From Octopus sinensis (taxonomy: Eukaryota): a stretch of DNA of 64,000 bases. The number at the start of each line of letters is the position of its first letter. The stretch's first letter is position 1. This document shows positions 50,701-64,000 of the stretch, piece after piece. The notes beneath the pieces are model-generated. The model had not been told where the DNA came from. It did not search any database and saw only the letters and a program-made list of their open reading frames with translations. The position numbers and the translations under genes are program-made. The DNA is taken from contig NC_043000.1 of NCBI RefSeq assembly GCF_006345805.1, positions 160,022,001 to 160,086,000 on the forward strand, written 5' to 3'.

Positions 50701-52169
50701 TGAACGAGAGAGAGAGAGAGGTAGGGGAAGAGCGGGAGAGTGTGTGAGAGAGAGGGAGAGAGAGAGAGAGAGTGAAATCGGTGAAGTGTAATATATGGAG
50801 GGAAGTGAGCAGAAATTATTCTTTAAATGTTTGCCATCTTTCAGTAGATTGACCGACTTTCATTAGCTTGACCGAATTTCAGACGGAAGTAAGCTCTGCC
50901 CTTAAACCCACTCACTTAATATAAACTATGTAGGCAAGCGATAAAGTTTTACTTGTTACGGTATCACGAAAAGGAAAACATAAAGGTAAAAGAGATGTCT
51001 ACTGGCCAGAACTTTGGATTTGATTGAAAGAGAACTATAATTTTACTGTTATTTGGTTTGACACAACTAAAAGTCTTTAATTTTGGTAATTCGGTGGAAT
51101 GTCTGATATATAGAATTGAATCTGTTCAGACTCTCCCTGCCGTTACATGCCGAATCTACCAGAGAACTGAGTCATTTATTTATAAAACAAAGTAGTTAAA
51201 AAACATGATCAACGTCAGGTAAATTGAGAGCGCATCGATATTTAAATCTCGGCAAAAGACAATTTAAATGCCTCATTCTGAATGCCTGGACATCTCATAT
51301 TCTATATGATTTTTTGTTAAAATATATACTCTTTGTTACTTAATTGATTAAGAAACAACTTACTAATAATTTGAATAACAACTCTTTAATTAAATAAAAC
51401 TTCATTGGATCCCATCCAAACTTGGTCCAACTTGACCTAACCTAGGATAAGTAATCTAGTTATTCTCAGATATATATACAACTATACGGTGTGTGATACG
51501 AGGGAGGAAGAGAGACATAGAGAAAGAAATAGAGAGAGGAGGAGGAGGAGGAGGAGGAGAGAGATGTATAGCCATAGTGTATGTGAGGAGATTGGCGAGA
51601 TGATGGAGTGCTTAACGGTTCCCAATTTGAACTGTATGCCAACGATGAATTACAAATATGAACTCTTTACATTATATCGGCTTTTTCTGGCTGGAAGAAA
51701 TAGGAAGTAGGAGGAAATAGATCAGTTTCAGTTCTTAGGCTAACCAGTAAAAACTACAAAGAAAATTACTGCTAAGTTTCACCATTAAAACTACAAAATC
51801 AATTAACAGCAAAACACCAACAAACTACTAAACTTCTAAAAACTGTCAAATGACTCTGAGACGACAAAATTACGAAATGTTAATTACCATTTAACTAAAA
51901 TTACCAAGCCATCAAACAACTCCAGAATTAAATTAGCAACCCATCGAAACAGTTGATCTATAGAATATACAAGCTGAAATGCATCAAACAATGAAAATAC
52001 AAAACTGCCGAAGCTATCAATTCCTCATAAGCATGAAACAATTGGAAGTTTGGGAATATTGATCTCACTGTTTTACGGTTGAAAAATGATTACCAATTAC
52101 ATATTGTTGGAGGGAAAAGGAATCACACAAGGAAGCCTCGACATTGTTGCTCAAGTCTCCAGAATTAAT

Positions 52170-52365
52170 GGCTTCAAATTTTCGCACATAGCCAGCAGTT
52201 TTTAAGGAGGGCGTACATAAATTACAACGATCCCATCGCTAAACTGTCGACCCTAAAAGGATGAAAGGTAAATTTCTCGGTAGAAATTGAACCCAGAAAG
52301 TACAGAGTCAAAAGAAATGCTATGAAGCATTTTGTTCAGTATGTTAACGACTTTATCAGTTCAGT
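52170..52365 (-). mobile_element. SINE family B, diverged
   Basis: gtcgaccctaaaaggatgaaaggtaaa...aaattgaacccagaa. Confidence 0.62.
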
Positions 52366-53090
52366 ATCTAAAAATATAAGCCAAAGCACATTCTATCTTC
52401 TGAAAAATAGTTTATATTGGCAAATTTATATTTAGGTACAGAATATTGTTTAAAAAAATAATATAAAGATGGGATCAACTTTCAAAATTGATTTGATCGA
52501 TCTGAGTCTAGATATTTGGAATAACAACAATAGAATCTACATCGACAGTATCTACCACCACCTTCACCAATGTTAATACCGTTACTAACACCACCATTGT
52601 CACTAACAACGCCAGCGAAAACAACATTAAAATCAATATCATTGTGACTTACACCAAAATCGACATCACCAACGCCACAACCGACACCACCAGGACTACA
52701 GACGCGTCTCTAAATAATCGTCCTGCTCTTTGTTAGAGTTTTACTCCAGATTAACCTCTAATGAGCAGAAGTATAATAAAAAATATTCCTGCCATGAAGA
52801 AAACGGCCTTCTCTCAGACATAGTAGAACAATGAATAAATTATCCAATATGACACTAACTTTTCAAGACAGCCTGGTGTAAGTTAAAGAGTTTATTGGCG
52901 TCTCTTGCAAGACCAGTGAGTCCGTCTATGTTGCTTTTAGTAATGTTGTTGATGATGATGATGATGATGGAAACTGTGTTCTTCTGACAGCTTTTGTTAC
53001 AGTTGTTTTTGTAGCTGTTTAAACACTGTTGTAAACATTGTCACATTCTTCTCTGATATATAACGGTATTAGACGATACATCTCTTATGT

Positions 53091-53507
53091 TTTATCTTTT
53101 ACTGGTTTCAGTCATTACATTGTGGCCATGCTGCGGCACCGCCTTGAGGAATTGTAGCAGAACTAATCTACTCCAGTACTTATTTTCTTTTAAAGATTGA
53201 TACTTATTCTATCGATCTCTTTGGCCAAACCGCTAATCTTATAAGGACGTAAACACAATGTGAAGCGGTGGTAGGGACAAAGACAGACAAAAAGACACAG
53301 ACGCATAGACAGACAGGCACACACATACACACACACAAATATATAACGGCGTTCTTTCATTTTCCATCTATCAAGCCCACTCACGTGGCTTCATTCGGTC
53401 AGAGTGTATTGTAGAAGACACTTGGCCAAGGTGCCAAGCAGTGGGACTGAACCAGAAACTGTGTGATCGCGAGGCAAAACGTCTTACCACACAACCATCC
53501 CTGCTTC
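53091..53507 (-). mobile_element. SINE family A, diverged full length
   Basis: ggtttcagtcatt...tggccatgctgcggcaccgcc...gaagacacttggccaaggtgcc...gtgggactgaacc. Confidence 0.85.
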
Positions 53508-54362
53508 TATATGCATTGTTTTCTTTTGATAACTGCTCGGCTGACCACGTATAGCTCTACTTGTTTGTTCACAATTTGGTCATTCTCATCACTAGATGAA
53601 ATTAGTAGCGGTATAGTAGTTGCTATCGGGCAGCTTTTAAGCTAGCTCCTGTGGAAGGTTCTTCATTAGGCCTTCGGCCCAACAGTGATACTCCATACAT
53701 TGAGTACATATTAAATATTACTAAACTTGAACAATATTTATCAAGCAATGAACAACTTTCATCTAAACAATGATATAATTTTGTCGATTTGGAACTTTTT
53801 ACAAAGCTGCATGATAAGCAACAGCGTCACCACCATCGCCACCACATTTGACATACACACACCAATCAGACTTCTGATGCCACTACCATTAATACTTTTG
53901 AATTCGCCGCCTTCCACACCACCACCAACATCACCACTGACGTTCACATCGTTTAATCTCACCCTCATCCCTGACCACTTCGGATACCACCACCACCATC
54001 ATCACCGCTGACTCTACCTCTATCACAACTGCACTCTATACTATTACTATCACCCCATAACCAACACAAAATGGCTAAATGTGTGCGTAAAAGAATTCAC
54101 TGTCCAGTATATTAGTTCAGTATGTTGGGTCAGTGTTCAGTCTCTCTTTCTTTCTCTCTTATTATTACTCCTACTGCCACCATCAACACCGTCTCTATGC
54201 CTGCTTATAATCTCACCCGAACATGAGCAATATGAGAAGTGTCATTGAATTGTGAGAGAGGGGCTCAAAATTTGACACACTGGCACACACAAATTTGTTT
54301 TCGCATTTATTATATTAAATGATTAATTTTGGGGAAACTTTATTTCAATTAAAGTGTAATTG

Positions 54363-54393
<31 letters not shown>

Positions 54394-54398
54394 ATATA

Positions 54399-54435
<37 letters not shown>

Positions 54436-55809
54436 CGTGTGTGTGTTTGCTTGTGCGTTTGTGTGTGTGTATTAAAGAAAGCAAATAATAAAACAAAAAT
54501 TATAGTGTTTAGTATGTTGGCGACAGAAATGTCTGTCAAAGAGACATGGTTAAACAGAGTTGTACATCTTCTCCTTCTTTCTTTCACATACCTACTTTTT
54601 CTCTCCTTTTTATTATTACTCCCTCGCCACCCTCAACGCTACTACTTTTAATAAAACATCAACTCTCCCTAAATTATTTTGCGTCTGTTCTTCTCCCTCA
54701 TTTTTTTCTTTCTCTCTGTTTTCGCCACCGCCCTCACCGTCTCTATGCCTACTATTACTCTCATCCAATCATGAGGAATAGTAGGAGTGTCACTGAATAG
54801 TGAGAAACTACAATGTAAAAAATAAAGATAAAATGATAAAAGAGCTATCCTCCTTAGTCCTTAAAAAATACGGCTGGAAACATATGAAGTCGGTCAGGAA
54901 AAGGCGGAATTTTCAAATTCTTCAAAATATATTTATATATCTGCATGAAACCACTGAAAATGTATGACCTGGAGTTCACTAGAGAGTTAGGAATCTTAGA
55001 TTTGAAGAGAATGTGCGCTCTTTCAGCCAAACGAAGTCTAAATTTATACGATCCATTCACATAAATTGTGGATTTCCCATTTAGTTTCATTAAATCACAT
55101 GCGGTGTTTCGTTAGCTTTCAAAGTCCATACGTAGCTATACAGCTTAGTAGCTTTACTTTTGTCCCTATTTTTGAAGGAGGCTATGTGATTGGCATTGCG
55201 ATTTTTAAATTCATCTTCACATAATGCAAAGTGGTTTTCTTAACAGTTGTATTATTATTTACCTTTGAAGTACCTTCTGACTCATATATGACAGATTTGG
55301 TCATACATCGTTGGTCAAGTGGACAGGATCCTGATATGCGACAGTTAGAACTGGATTACACACACACACATACACCCACCCACACATATATACGAGTGAG
55401 TAGACAAACTAAAGAAGGGCACTCAATGCATTTATTGGGAGTTACATGTAAATATCAAAAGAGTTCGATTCAGACTGCTTGGTACTCCTGAGTTTCAAGC
55501 GTGTTGCTAGTCTTCGAAAACTGGTGTCTGAATACGAGGGGTGTATGAAAAGTCTTGAGCCTCAAAAATCAAAACATGGTACAAGACATCAAGGCCCAAA
55601 GGCCTTGAAGGCTCAAAGGCCTTGAAGGCTCAAAATATTTCATACAGCTCTCGTGTGTGTATATATATATATGTATATATATGTGTGTGTGTGTGTGTAT
55701 GTGTGTTTGTGTGTGTGAGTGTGTGTGTGTGTGTATACAGCATTAGGTGTGATGTACAGAATTGAATATTGAGAAAAAAGTCAGAAATTTGGAAAAAATC
55801 TTTTTTCTT

Positions 55810-55880
<71 letters not shown>

Positions 55881-56324
55881 GCCGGCAAGTGTATGAGCAG
55901 CTATACATACAAACACTTATGTGTCTGTCTATGTATTACACACTTTGTTTGATAGACAAATAGTGTAAATAGGTACGAGCAACAGAATCGGGTGAAGGAA
56001 GATAGGAATAGAGAGATAACATTGTTAACTGCTTTACATACAAACTTTCACATAACCGGAAATATCTTTTCGAACATCTTCGTTGCGTGCAAACAATAGG
56101 CGACATTGTTGTGATAAATGCGATATATTATTGCATAGATATTTCTTTCTTTTTTGCACAAAGAGCTATGGTATACCAGAGACGTCACCGTTATGCTTGG
56201 CGTGTTTTTACACTTGAAAGATAGATGTCTACACTTTTGATTGTAAAGATAATATAAATAATATTATGAAATTAAAATGAGTATCTATTTCCTGATTTCT
56301 TTCGTGAACATACATGCGTGGATA

Positions 56325-56643
<319 letters not shown>

Positions 56644-56649
<6 letters not shown>

Positions 56650-57018
56650 CAAGAATAAAATCTATATAAGACTTTATCAAGTAGCTAGTATGTAAAATCC
56701 CGTTTAGGTAAGAATAAGAACAATTTATTTACTATTTATAAATATAAGTGCAACTACTGTTTGATAGACAAATAGTGTAAATAGAAGAAAACGTGAAACG
56801 GCTCTAAAACTACCTTATTTATCACTTTCAGCCCGTGTCTATGTGATAACTAAGGTAGTCTTAGAGCCATTTGGCGCCTCTTCTAGCATGTAGTTGATTT
56901 TATTATAATTTTATAATTATATTCATAAAATTAAAAATTTTGCATTAATTTTTACCGAAATGGGTTTTACATGCTAGCTACTTGATACAGTCCTATACAG
57001 ATTTAATCTTTGATTATA
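56644..57018. mobile_element. MITE-like element with about 68-bp imperfect TIRs and an internal palindrome
   Basis: 56644-56712 vs 56952-57018 reverse complement; inner ggctctaaaactacctta...taaggtagtcttagagcc; TA-rich flanks. Confidence 0.75.
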
Positions 57019-57460
57019 ATGATAAATATAAATTCACTTAAAGCAAATTTATTCACTGGTGAATTATTTTTGTTATTCACATGTGGCTGAGATGAACGAA
57101 CTATATTTAACTTGTATATAAATGGGAACATTTGTATAAGCAATGTGAATGCATTGTGCTTGTATGGTATGTAAAAATGTTCATAATTATATACTTTCGG
57201 TTATGTCATACTAAGGACGGTAAAGGGTTTAAGAGTCAATTGGCGTCGTCATCTACCTTGTAGCGTTACTCAGTAGTTTCCCTTATATAATTATATATTT
57301 TTTTATTATAGCGCATCCTTTTAACACCCTAGATACCTCCGACAACACATTTTCCAGCTTGCCTCAGTAACATGTGTATGTGGTCGCAGTAGTGAATAGG
57401 CGGCTATGCTGTCCATAATACTTACAAACACACACACGTGCATATATATCTATATCTATT

Positions 57461-57517
<57 letters not shown>

Positions 57518-57918
57518 GCTACATACGCCCCCACCCCTTCCCCTCCCTCCCTTCCTCCTTCCTTCTTTTTCTTACTACTGACCTTTGTCTGCTAAGCTGA
57601 CCAGTGTCTCGCCCTACCTCACACGCCTACACACAGACGCACACACTAACACACACATATATATTTTTTTGTTTTTTCATCTCGCCTCACACACACACAT
57701 ACACACACGCACACGCACACACTCACACATACACACACATCTGTTGCGTTACCAACCTTGTCTCCACTCTTTTGCCTTTAAAAACCCACTTTGCTCTGTT
57801 TTCGTAAACATCCGCCTTTCACCATGTGCAACTCGTAAACACCAGTCGTCTTTTTTCTCTTTTTCCTTTCCCTGTTGCCCGCTCTGGGATCTTTCTTTCC
57901 TCTCTCTTCCTTCTTTAT

Positions 57919-57953
57919 GTTTCCGACGAAGAGCTCCGCTCGAAACGTCATAC
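57919..57953 (+). ncRNA. Minimal hammerhead motif in the PLE pLTR (U4 to C)
   Basis: GTTT-CCGACGA-A-GAGC-tcc-GCTC-GAAACGTC-ATAC; perfect 4-bp helix II, ACGT palindrome, GUC triplet. Confidence 0.65.
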
Positions 57954-58382
57954 CTCCCTGCTTCCTTTTCCTGAGCGCCTATTAATAATAATACTGTAAT
58001 TGTTCCATTGTTGTTGTTTTTTTTGTTTCCCGTTTGGATTAAATTATACCACTGCGCGCCTACACGGACCCCTTGTACCTTGGATACCAACTCCCGGATT
58101 TTTTGCACCTACGGATTATTGGTTACCATTCTTCCTGACCTACGGATCACCGCGCAACCTTCTTCCGGAGTACCACCATTACCGTGATTGAAAATCATTA
58201 CCTAATCTGTCCGTTGACTCTCAAATCTCTTCCTCTGACTTTTTTCAACTTTTTTCAACTTTTTTCTATTGTTTTCAAACCGTCTTCACCCGTTTTCTTC
58301 TTTCGTTGTTTTCCTGTTGTCTCTCCTTTTTCCTGGTTTCGCCACCACCCACACCTTTACCTGTTTGCCACCACTTCTCATC

Positions 58383-61278
58383 ATGCCTGACTTGCACTCG
58401 TTCGTCCAACACCTTCAATCCCTCCTCAGCCGCTACCTCGCGTCCCTCGTTCCCCCCACACTGTCCGCACCTGCTATAAAACTTTCCCGCTTGCTTTTTA
58501 AGAAAACCCGCCACTCGAGTCATCTTTCCTTTCTTAGCCGGTGCCTCCGCCATCATGTCACACCCCGCGGTTCCTCTTGAAGTTCCACGCTACCCCCTAT
58601 TCCTCCCCCTTCATCGAACCCACCCTCGCTCGTACCTCCCGCTCCCTTCTCCTCCGCGCACCATCCGCTCCACCCGCCCCCTCCTTGACTCCCTCGACCA
58701 TCAACATTCCCCAGGCCTACCTCCTTCTCTCCGCCCTCTGCCCTCCACACTTCACCCAACCTATCCTCCGCTTCATTCTTAATCTCAACCACAACTCTAC
58801 AACCACCTCACACACACAAAAAAAAAAAAACTCCTCCTCCTCCTCAACCCCTCACCCCCTTCCCATCTCCCCCATGTTCCCCCCTGTCCCCCCCTTCTTC
58901 GCACCTACCCCACCCTTCCACGGACCCACACACCCCCCATCGTGACCTTCCTACGCTAACCCATCTTCACCCAACCACCCCTACCCTCCCCTTCACACAC
59001 CCCTGCAACCCCTCCCGCCTGCCCCTAGTCCTCCTCCCACACCCCGCTTCCTCGCGTCGCGCTGTTGTCACTACACCCCACCTCCCCCTCTCCGCCGCTG
59101 AGCGCTCCCTCCTCAGTAAGGGTCTCCGCTTCACGCCACTCACGCGCCACTGTGATGAGTTCGAGACTCGGGCGGACGTCAACCTGTTCCGACCCTGTTC
59201 CTGCGCCGCCTCAAACTTCGCGCATACTACCACGCGCCCCCCAGCGTCACAACAATCAGGATTGCCTTTTGGAGCTGGGGCGTCGTCCATCCATCTGGAC
59301 GCCGCCCCCAGGCCTTTTCAGTAGCCTAGATTCGTTTGTACATGACTGCAACGCTTTGGTCCACCGTTTCAACTTTGCAACCAAGACCCCGCCGAGCCAA
59401 CCTCACTCGGGGCCGAATCCATTGCCCTTCGCCACCACCTCCGCCGTCGTGATGACATTGTCATCAAACCGCGGACAAAGGCGGGGCAGTGGTAGTGTGG
59501 CGCGCGGACCTATACAGGGAGGAAGCGCTCAACCAGCTTCAAAATCCACTCTTCTATCGCCTCCTCCCCTCCGATCCCACCTCCTCCTACCAACAGCGAG
59601 TGTCCTCCACCATCCACGACCTCATCTCCTCCTCCGCTCTCCCCTCTCCGCCACCAACCTCATCGTCCGCACACCCCGCACCTCCACCATCTACTTCCCT
59701 TCCCAAGATCCATAACCCTCTAATCCTGGCCGTCCCATAGTCTCTGCCTGTAATTGCCCCACTGAACTCATCTCCCTATACCTCGACCGCATCCTGTCCC
59801 CCTTAGTCGCAGCCCCCTCCCATCCCACATACACGACACCAACCACGCCCTCCGTCTCTTCAATTCCTTTCCTTCCCTTCCCTTCCAGCCCCTCACACCT
59901 CCTCTTCACTTTAGATGTAAAATCCCTGTACACAGTGATTCCCCACAATGACGGTCTCCTAGCCCTCCAACACTTCCTCGACCGTCGTCCCGACCCCACC
60001 CCCCCACCCCCACCCTTCTCCTCCGGTTGGCTGAGCTCGTCCTCACCCTCAATTGCTTCACGTTCGCCGGGGAAACGTACCAACAGGTGTCCGGGGTCGC
60101 GATGGGAACTAGGATGGGCCCCAATTTCGCCAATCTCTTCTTGGCTACATTGAGGCCCAAGTGTTCTCCCAGTTCTCTGGGCCGACCCCCGAACTATACG
60201 GTCGCTATATCGACGACTGCGTAGGTGCCACCTCCCTTTCCCGCGAACTTCTCTGCCAATTCATCTCTTTCCTTTCCAACTTTCACCCCCCTCTCTTCAA
60301 TTCACCTCCACCATCTCCAACACCTCTGTCAACTTCCTTGACATCTCTCTCCGCATCGATCACCCCTCCAGCTCTCTCACCACCACCGCCTTTTTTAAAC
60401 CTACGGATTCCCACCTCTATCTCAACTTCTTTCCTCCCACCCCTTCCACACCAAACGAGCCATCCCCTACTCCCAGTTCCTCCTCCGCCTCCGACGTTTG
60501 TGCAGCCGCGACCAGGATTTCGAGACCCCATCTCAATACCTGGCCCGCATGTTCAGACTCCGAGGTTACCCACCCATACTCCTCTCTGATGCCCTCACCC
60601 CGCGCCCGTCGCATCGACCGCACTACCACCGCCCTGTCTCCTTCCCCCCCCGCCCAACCCCAAACCGCACCCCTTCCCCCTCCTTTTCCACCCCTCTACC
60701 CTACCCCTTCGTCGCAGATACTACGTGCCTCCGTCGCGCCTCCAGCTTGATCCCACCACCCGCCCCATTTTCCCTAACCTACCCCTGTCCTCTTTCAAAC
60801 GAGCCCGCAATCTGCGTGACCTCCTGGTCCACAGCACCCTCTCTCCTTCCCCCTCAGCCCCACACGGATCATTCCCTTGCTCTAGATCCCGTTGCAACAC
60901 TTGCCCCTTCATCACCAAACACCACCGCTGTCACCGGCTCCAACCTGCACACTGTACGCATTAGGCACTCTTTTGCGTGCCTCGTCTGGCCTTATTTACT
61001 GCATTAAATGCAACCTATGCGGGATGCTGTATGTAGGACAGACGGGACGCCGGTTGTCCGACCGTTTCACTGAACACTTGAGGACGTTCGCCTACACTCT
61101 CTTTCTCCCGTCGCACGCCACTTCCGCTCGGCCGGCCATTCCCTAGATGACATCTCAGTGTTTGGTCTCGCCCCCCCACCATGGTCGCCCACTTTCCAGG
61201 CTCCACTTGGAGCAACGCTACATCTTCACCCTACAAACTACCACCCCACACGGACTTAACACAGCCCCCTCCTCTTGA
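58383..61278 (+). pseudogene. PLE reverse transcriptase / GIY-YIG endonuclease ORF, multiply frameshifted as given
   Basis: LSKGLRFTP, IK(P)ADKGGAVVVW, (L)PKIH, GRPIVSACNCPTE, LDVKSLYTVIP, GVAMGTRMGPNFANLF, RYIDD (60206-60217), NFLD, KPTDSHLYL, CSRSRCNTCPF, LIYCIKCNLCGMLYVGQTGRRLSDRFTEHL, HGLN; stop at 61276-61278. Confidence 0.93.
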
Positions 61279-61309
61279 GATCGTTTTTTTTTTTTTTTTT
61301 TTTTTGGGA

Positions 61310-63430
61310 CACACCACCACCCCACCCACCCACCTACCTCCCACACCCACCCCCCACCTACACCCACACGCCTGTTTCACACACACACATACGTAGACCC
61401 ATCTACGTACATACATTCACACATTTAATCACACACTTACAGACATACTAACACACTACATACAACACCAACCACATGCACATACCACACACATACATAC
61501 ATACGCACACACACTACATACTTACACACACACACACACACACAACATACATACACACATACACACCACATACATACGCACATACATAACACACACACTC
61601 ACACACACACACCGCACGTACATACTTCACACACCACATGCAAACATACATGTAGGCACATACATACATACATACCTACACATGCACACCCTTACACTGA
61701 ATGCACACACACATACACCTTTTTGCATCCAGCCAGCCCCCCCTCTTTTCTGCTTTCCGGTTTTGGCTGATGGATCCTCGGTTCCCGCGTAGCGGGGCGT
61801 TCGAGGGCCTTTGCGCTCGCGCGCTTGGCGCGCGCTGGGGGCTTGGTCGGCCCCCTGGGCTTGCGTTGTACTGCTTGTGCGTTGTGTGCGTGGGCGCGCT
61901 TCGTGTGTGTGGGCTTGCTTCGGATGTGCGCGTGCGTATGTATGCATACATACCCACACACTCGCATGCATCCCTACCCACATACATACACGCACACCTA
62001 CTCACACACACACATACACACACATACCTGCACACACACACACACATACATACATACACATACATACCTACTTCAGACATACACACACACAGACATACAC
62101 CCATACACTCACACTCACACGCATACACACACACACACATACACGCACACACGTACACATACACACACACACCACCTACATACATACATTACACACTTGT
62201 ATACACACACACTTACATTCATACACCACACACCTACACAGCCATACCCTCACTCAGACACACACATCTACCTACACACACACACAAACACACACGACAC
62301 ACACCCATACAACCATATACATCTACACACACGCCTACACACATACATACACACATACATAACACACACACATACACATATACACACATACGCACACACA
62401 CATATACTTATACACATGCACACACACCCATACATACATACACCCATATACATACACACACACATACCCACATACTCCTATACGCACATACATACACACA
62501 GACATACACACATACACACTCACACAAACATACACACACACATACTTACACACACACTCACCTGCACGCGCACACACATGCATGACAAACACCCATACAC
62601 TCACACTCACATACGCACACACAAACACACACCAACTAACACGCACACGCACAAACACGCACACACACACTACACTCCCACACACATACACGCACCTACA
62701 TACACACACGCACGCATACACACATACATTACACACGTACACACACACCTACATACACATGCATACACACACACACAACAAACATGCACGGACACACCCA
62801 GACATACACACATACACCTATATACACACGCCCACACACCTACATACACACACATATACACACGCCCACACACCTACATACACACACTACATACACACAC
62901 ATACACGGACACACCCTACATACTTACATACATACACCTATACACACACGCCCACACACCTACATACACACACATGCATACACACACACCATGTACGCAC
63001 ACACACACACATATACGCACATACATATATACCCACACACATGCACACACCACACACATACGCACATGCAGCATGCATGCATGCACACGCGCACACCTAC
63101 ACGCATACACACACACACACGCACGTACACATACATACATACACACACGCATACATACACCCATACACATACATGCATCCTACACACACATACATACACA
63201 CCACACATACATACAAACACACCACACACTCACTCACACACACACATGTACATGTCGCGCACACACATTCACATACACACACTCCACACACACACACACA
63301 CACACACGGACATACATCTATGCACACACATACATACACACATACTCACATACATTCATCGGACACACTGCCACCCGGACATACACACAGACACACTCAC
63401 ACATCCACACACATACATACTTACGCACAT
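61310..63430. repeat. About 2.1-kb degenerate (CA)n/(CATA)n tract inside the PLE 3' region
   Basis: Direct reading; source of the 597-, 424- and 355-aa HT-repeat ORFs. Confidence 0.95.
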
Positions 63431-64000
63431 ACTCGCAGGCTCGCGCACGCACGCGCTTGCGCCGGTTCGCGTACGCATACGCTCGCAGGCACCTCGCTCT
63501 TGGAACCGACAAGACCTCCCGCCCTTCCTGGGACCGTCGCGTGTCGTTGGGTTTTCCCACGCCCGCCTCCGCGGGACCACTCTTCCATCTTCCCCTCAGC
63601 TGGAGTCCTTTTCCTTAACCCCCCCCCCTTTTTCGTTACACACACGCGCACACATATACACACATTGCTTAATATATACATTACTCTTACACACATTCAA
63701 TCTACTCGCCATTATACCACCACGACGACACTGGACACACACACACACTACTACTCAACAAACGCTGGCACGCTACATACGCCCCCACCCCTTCCCCTCC
63801 CTCCCTCCTTCCTCCTCCTTCTTTTTCTTACTACTGACCTTTGTCTGCTAAGCTGACCAGTGTCTCGCCCTACCTCACACGCCTACACACAGACGCACAC
63901 ACTAACACACACATATATATTTTTTTGTTTTTTTCTCGCCTCACACACACAACACATACACACGCACACGCACACCCCTCACACATACACACACATCTGT

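Larger units (their letters stand above)
57516..64000 (+). mobile_element. Neptune-type Penelope-like retroelement, partial-tandem (pLTR-ORF-pLTR), runs off the window
   Basis: 57516-57744 is repeated at 63770-64000; RT + GIY-YIG ORF lies between; hammerhead-like motif in the 5' repeat; strongly C-rich compared with the flanks. Confidence 0.92.

Noticed and set aside
44920-52150. Host-gene exons in the repeat-poor stretch
   Set aside because: No ORF with recognisable homology or clear splice-site pairs was found; small exons cannot be excluded without transcript data.
55533-55553. TACGAGGGGTGTATGAAAAGT mariner-like TIR
   Set aside because: No matching opposite TIR or transposase remnant was found nearby; too short to call an element.
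61676-63856. Long ORFs (597, 424, 355, 294 aa) rich in H/T/Y or C/V
   Set aside because: These are translations of (CA)n/(CATA)n repeats, which lack stop codons; there is no domain content.

Overview
AT-rich, microsatellite-dense eukaryotic DNA with no host protein-coding gene that I can support. The repeat families (tRNA-headed CORE-like SINEs, Deu/Nin-like SINEs, many Penelope-like elements) resemble those of octopus/coleoid cephalopods; this is inferred from recall, not a database result. The window is a transposon graveyard. It holds a young-looking Neptune-type Penelope-like retroelement (PLE) in partial-tandem form (57516-64000; RT with YIDD, Cys linker, C-terminal GIY-YIG, many frameshifts), four Penelope/Poseidon-type fragments, an R4/Dong non-LTR fragment abutting a (TAA)n array, an RTE 3' tail, a mariner fragment, Helitron-type non-autonomous elements, three copies of a MITE with 8-9 bp target duplications that carries TTAGGG repeats, several long fold-back hairpins and about 25 SINE copies. 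The most striking unannotated signal is a set of nine hammerhead-ribozyme (HHR)-like motifs from about six unrelated sequence families, at about 974-1019(-), 1049-1081, 14260-14307, 16742-16829, 17517-17551, 23475-23532, 24636-24670(-), 36035-36069(-) and 57919-57953. Three of them keep an intact CUGAnGA/GAAA core with plausible helices. Almost all ORFs in the supplied track are microsatellite artefacts. All alignments and folds were done by eye.
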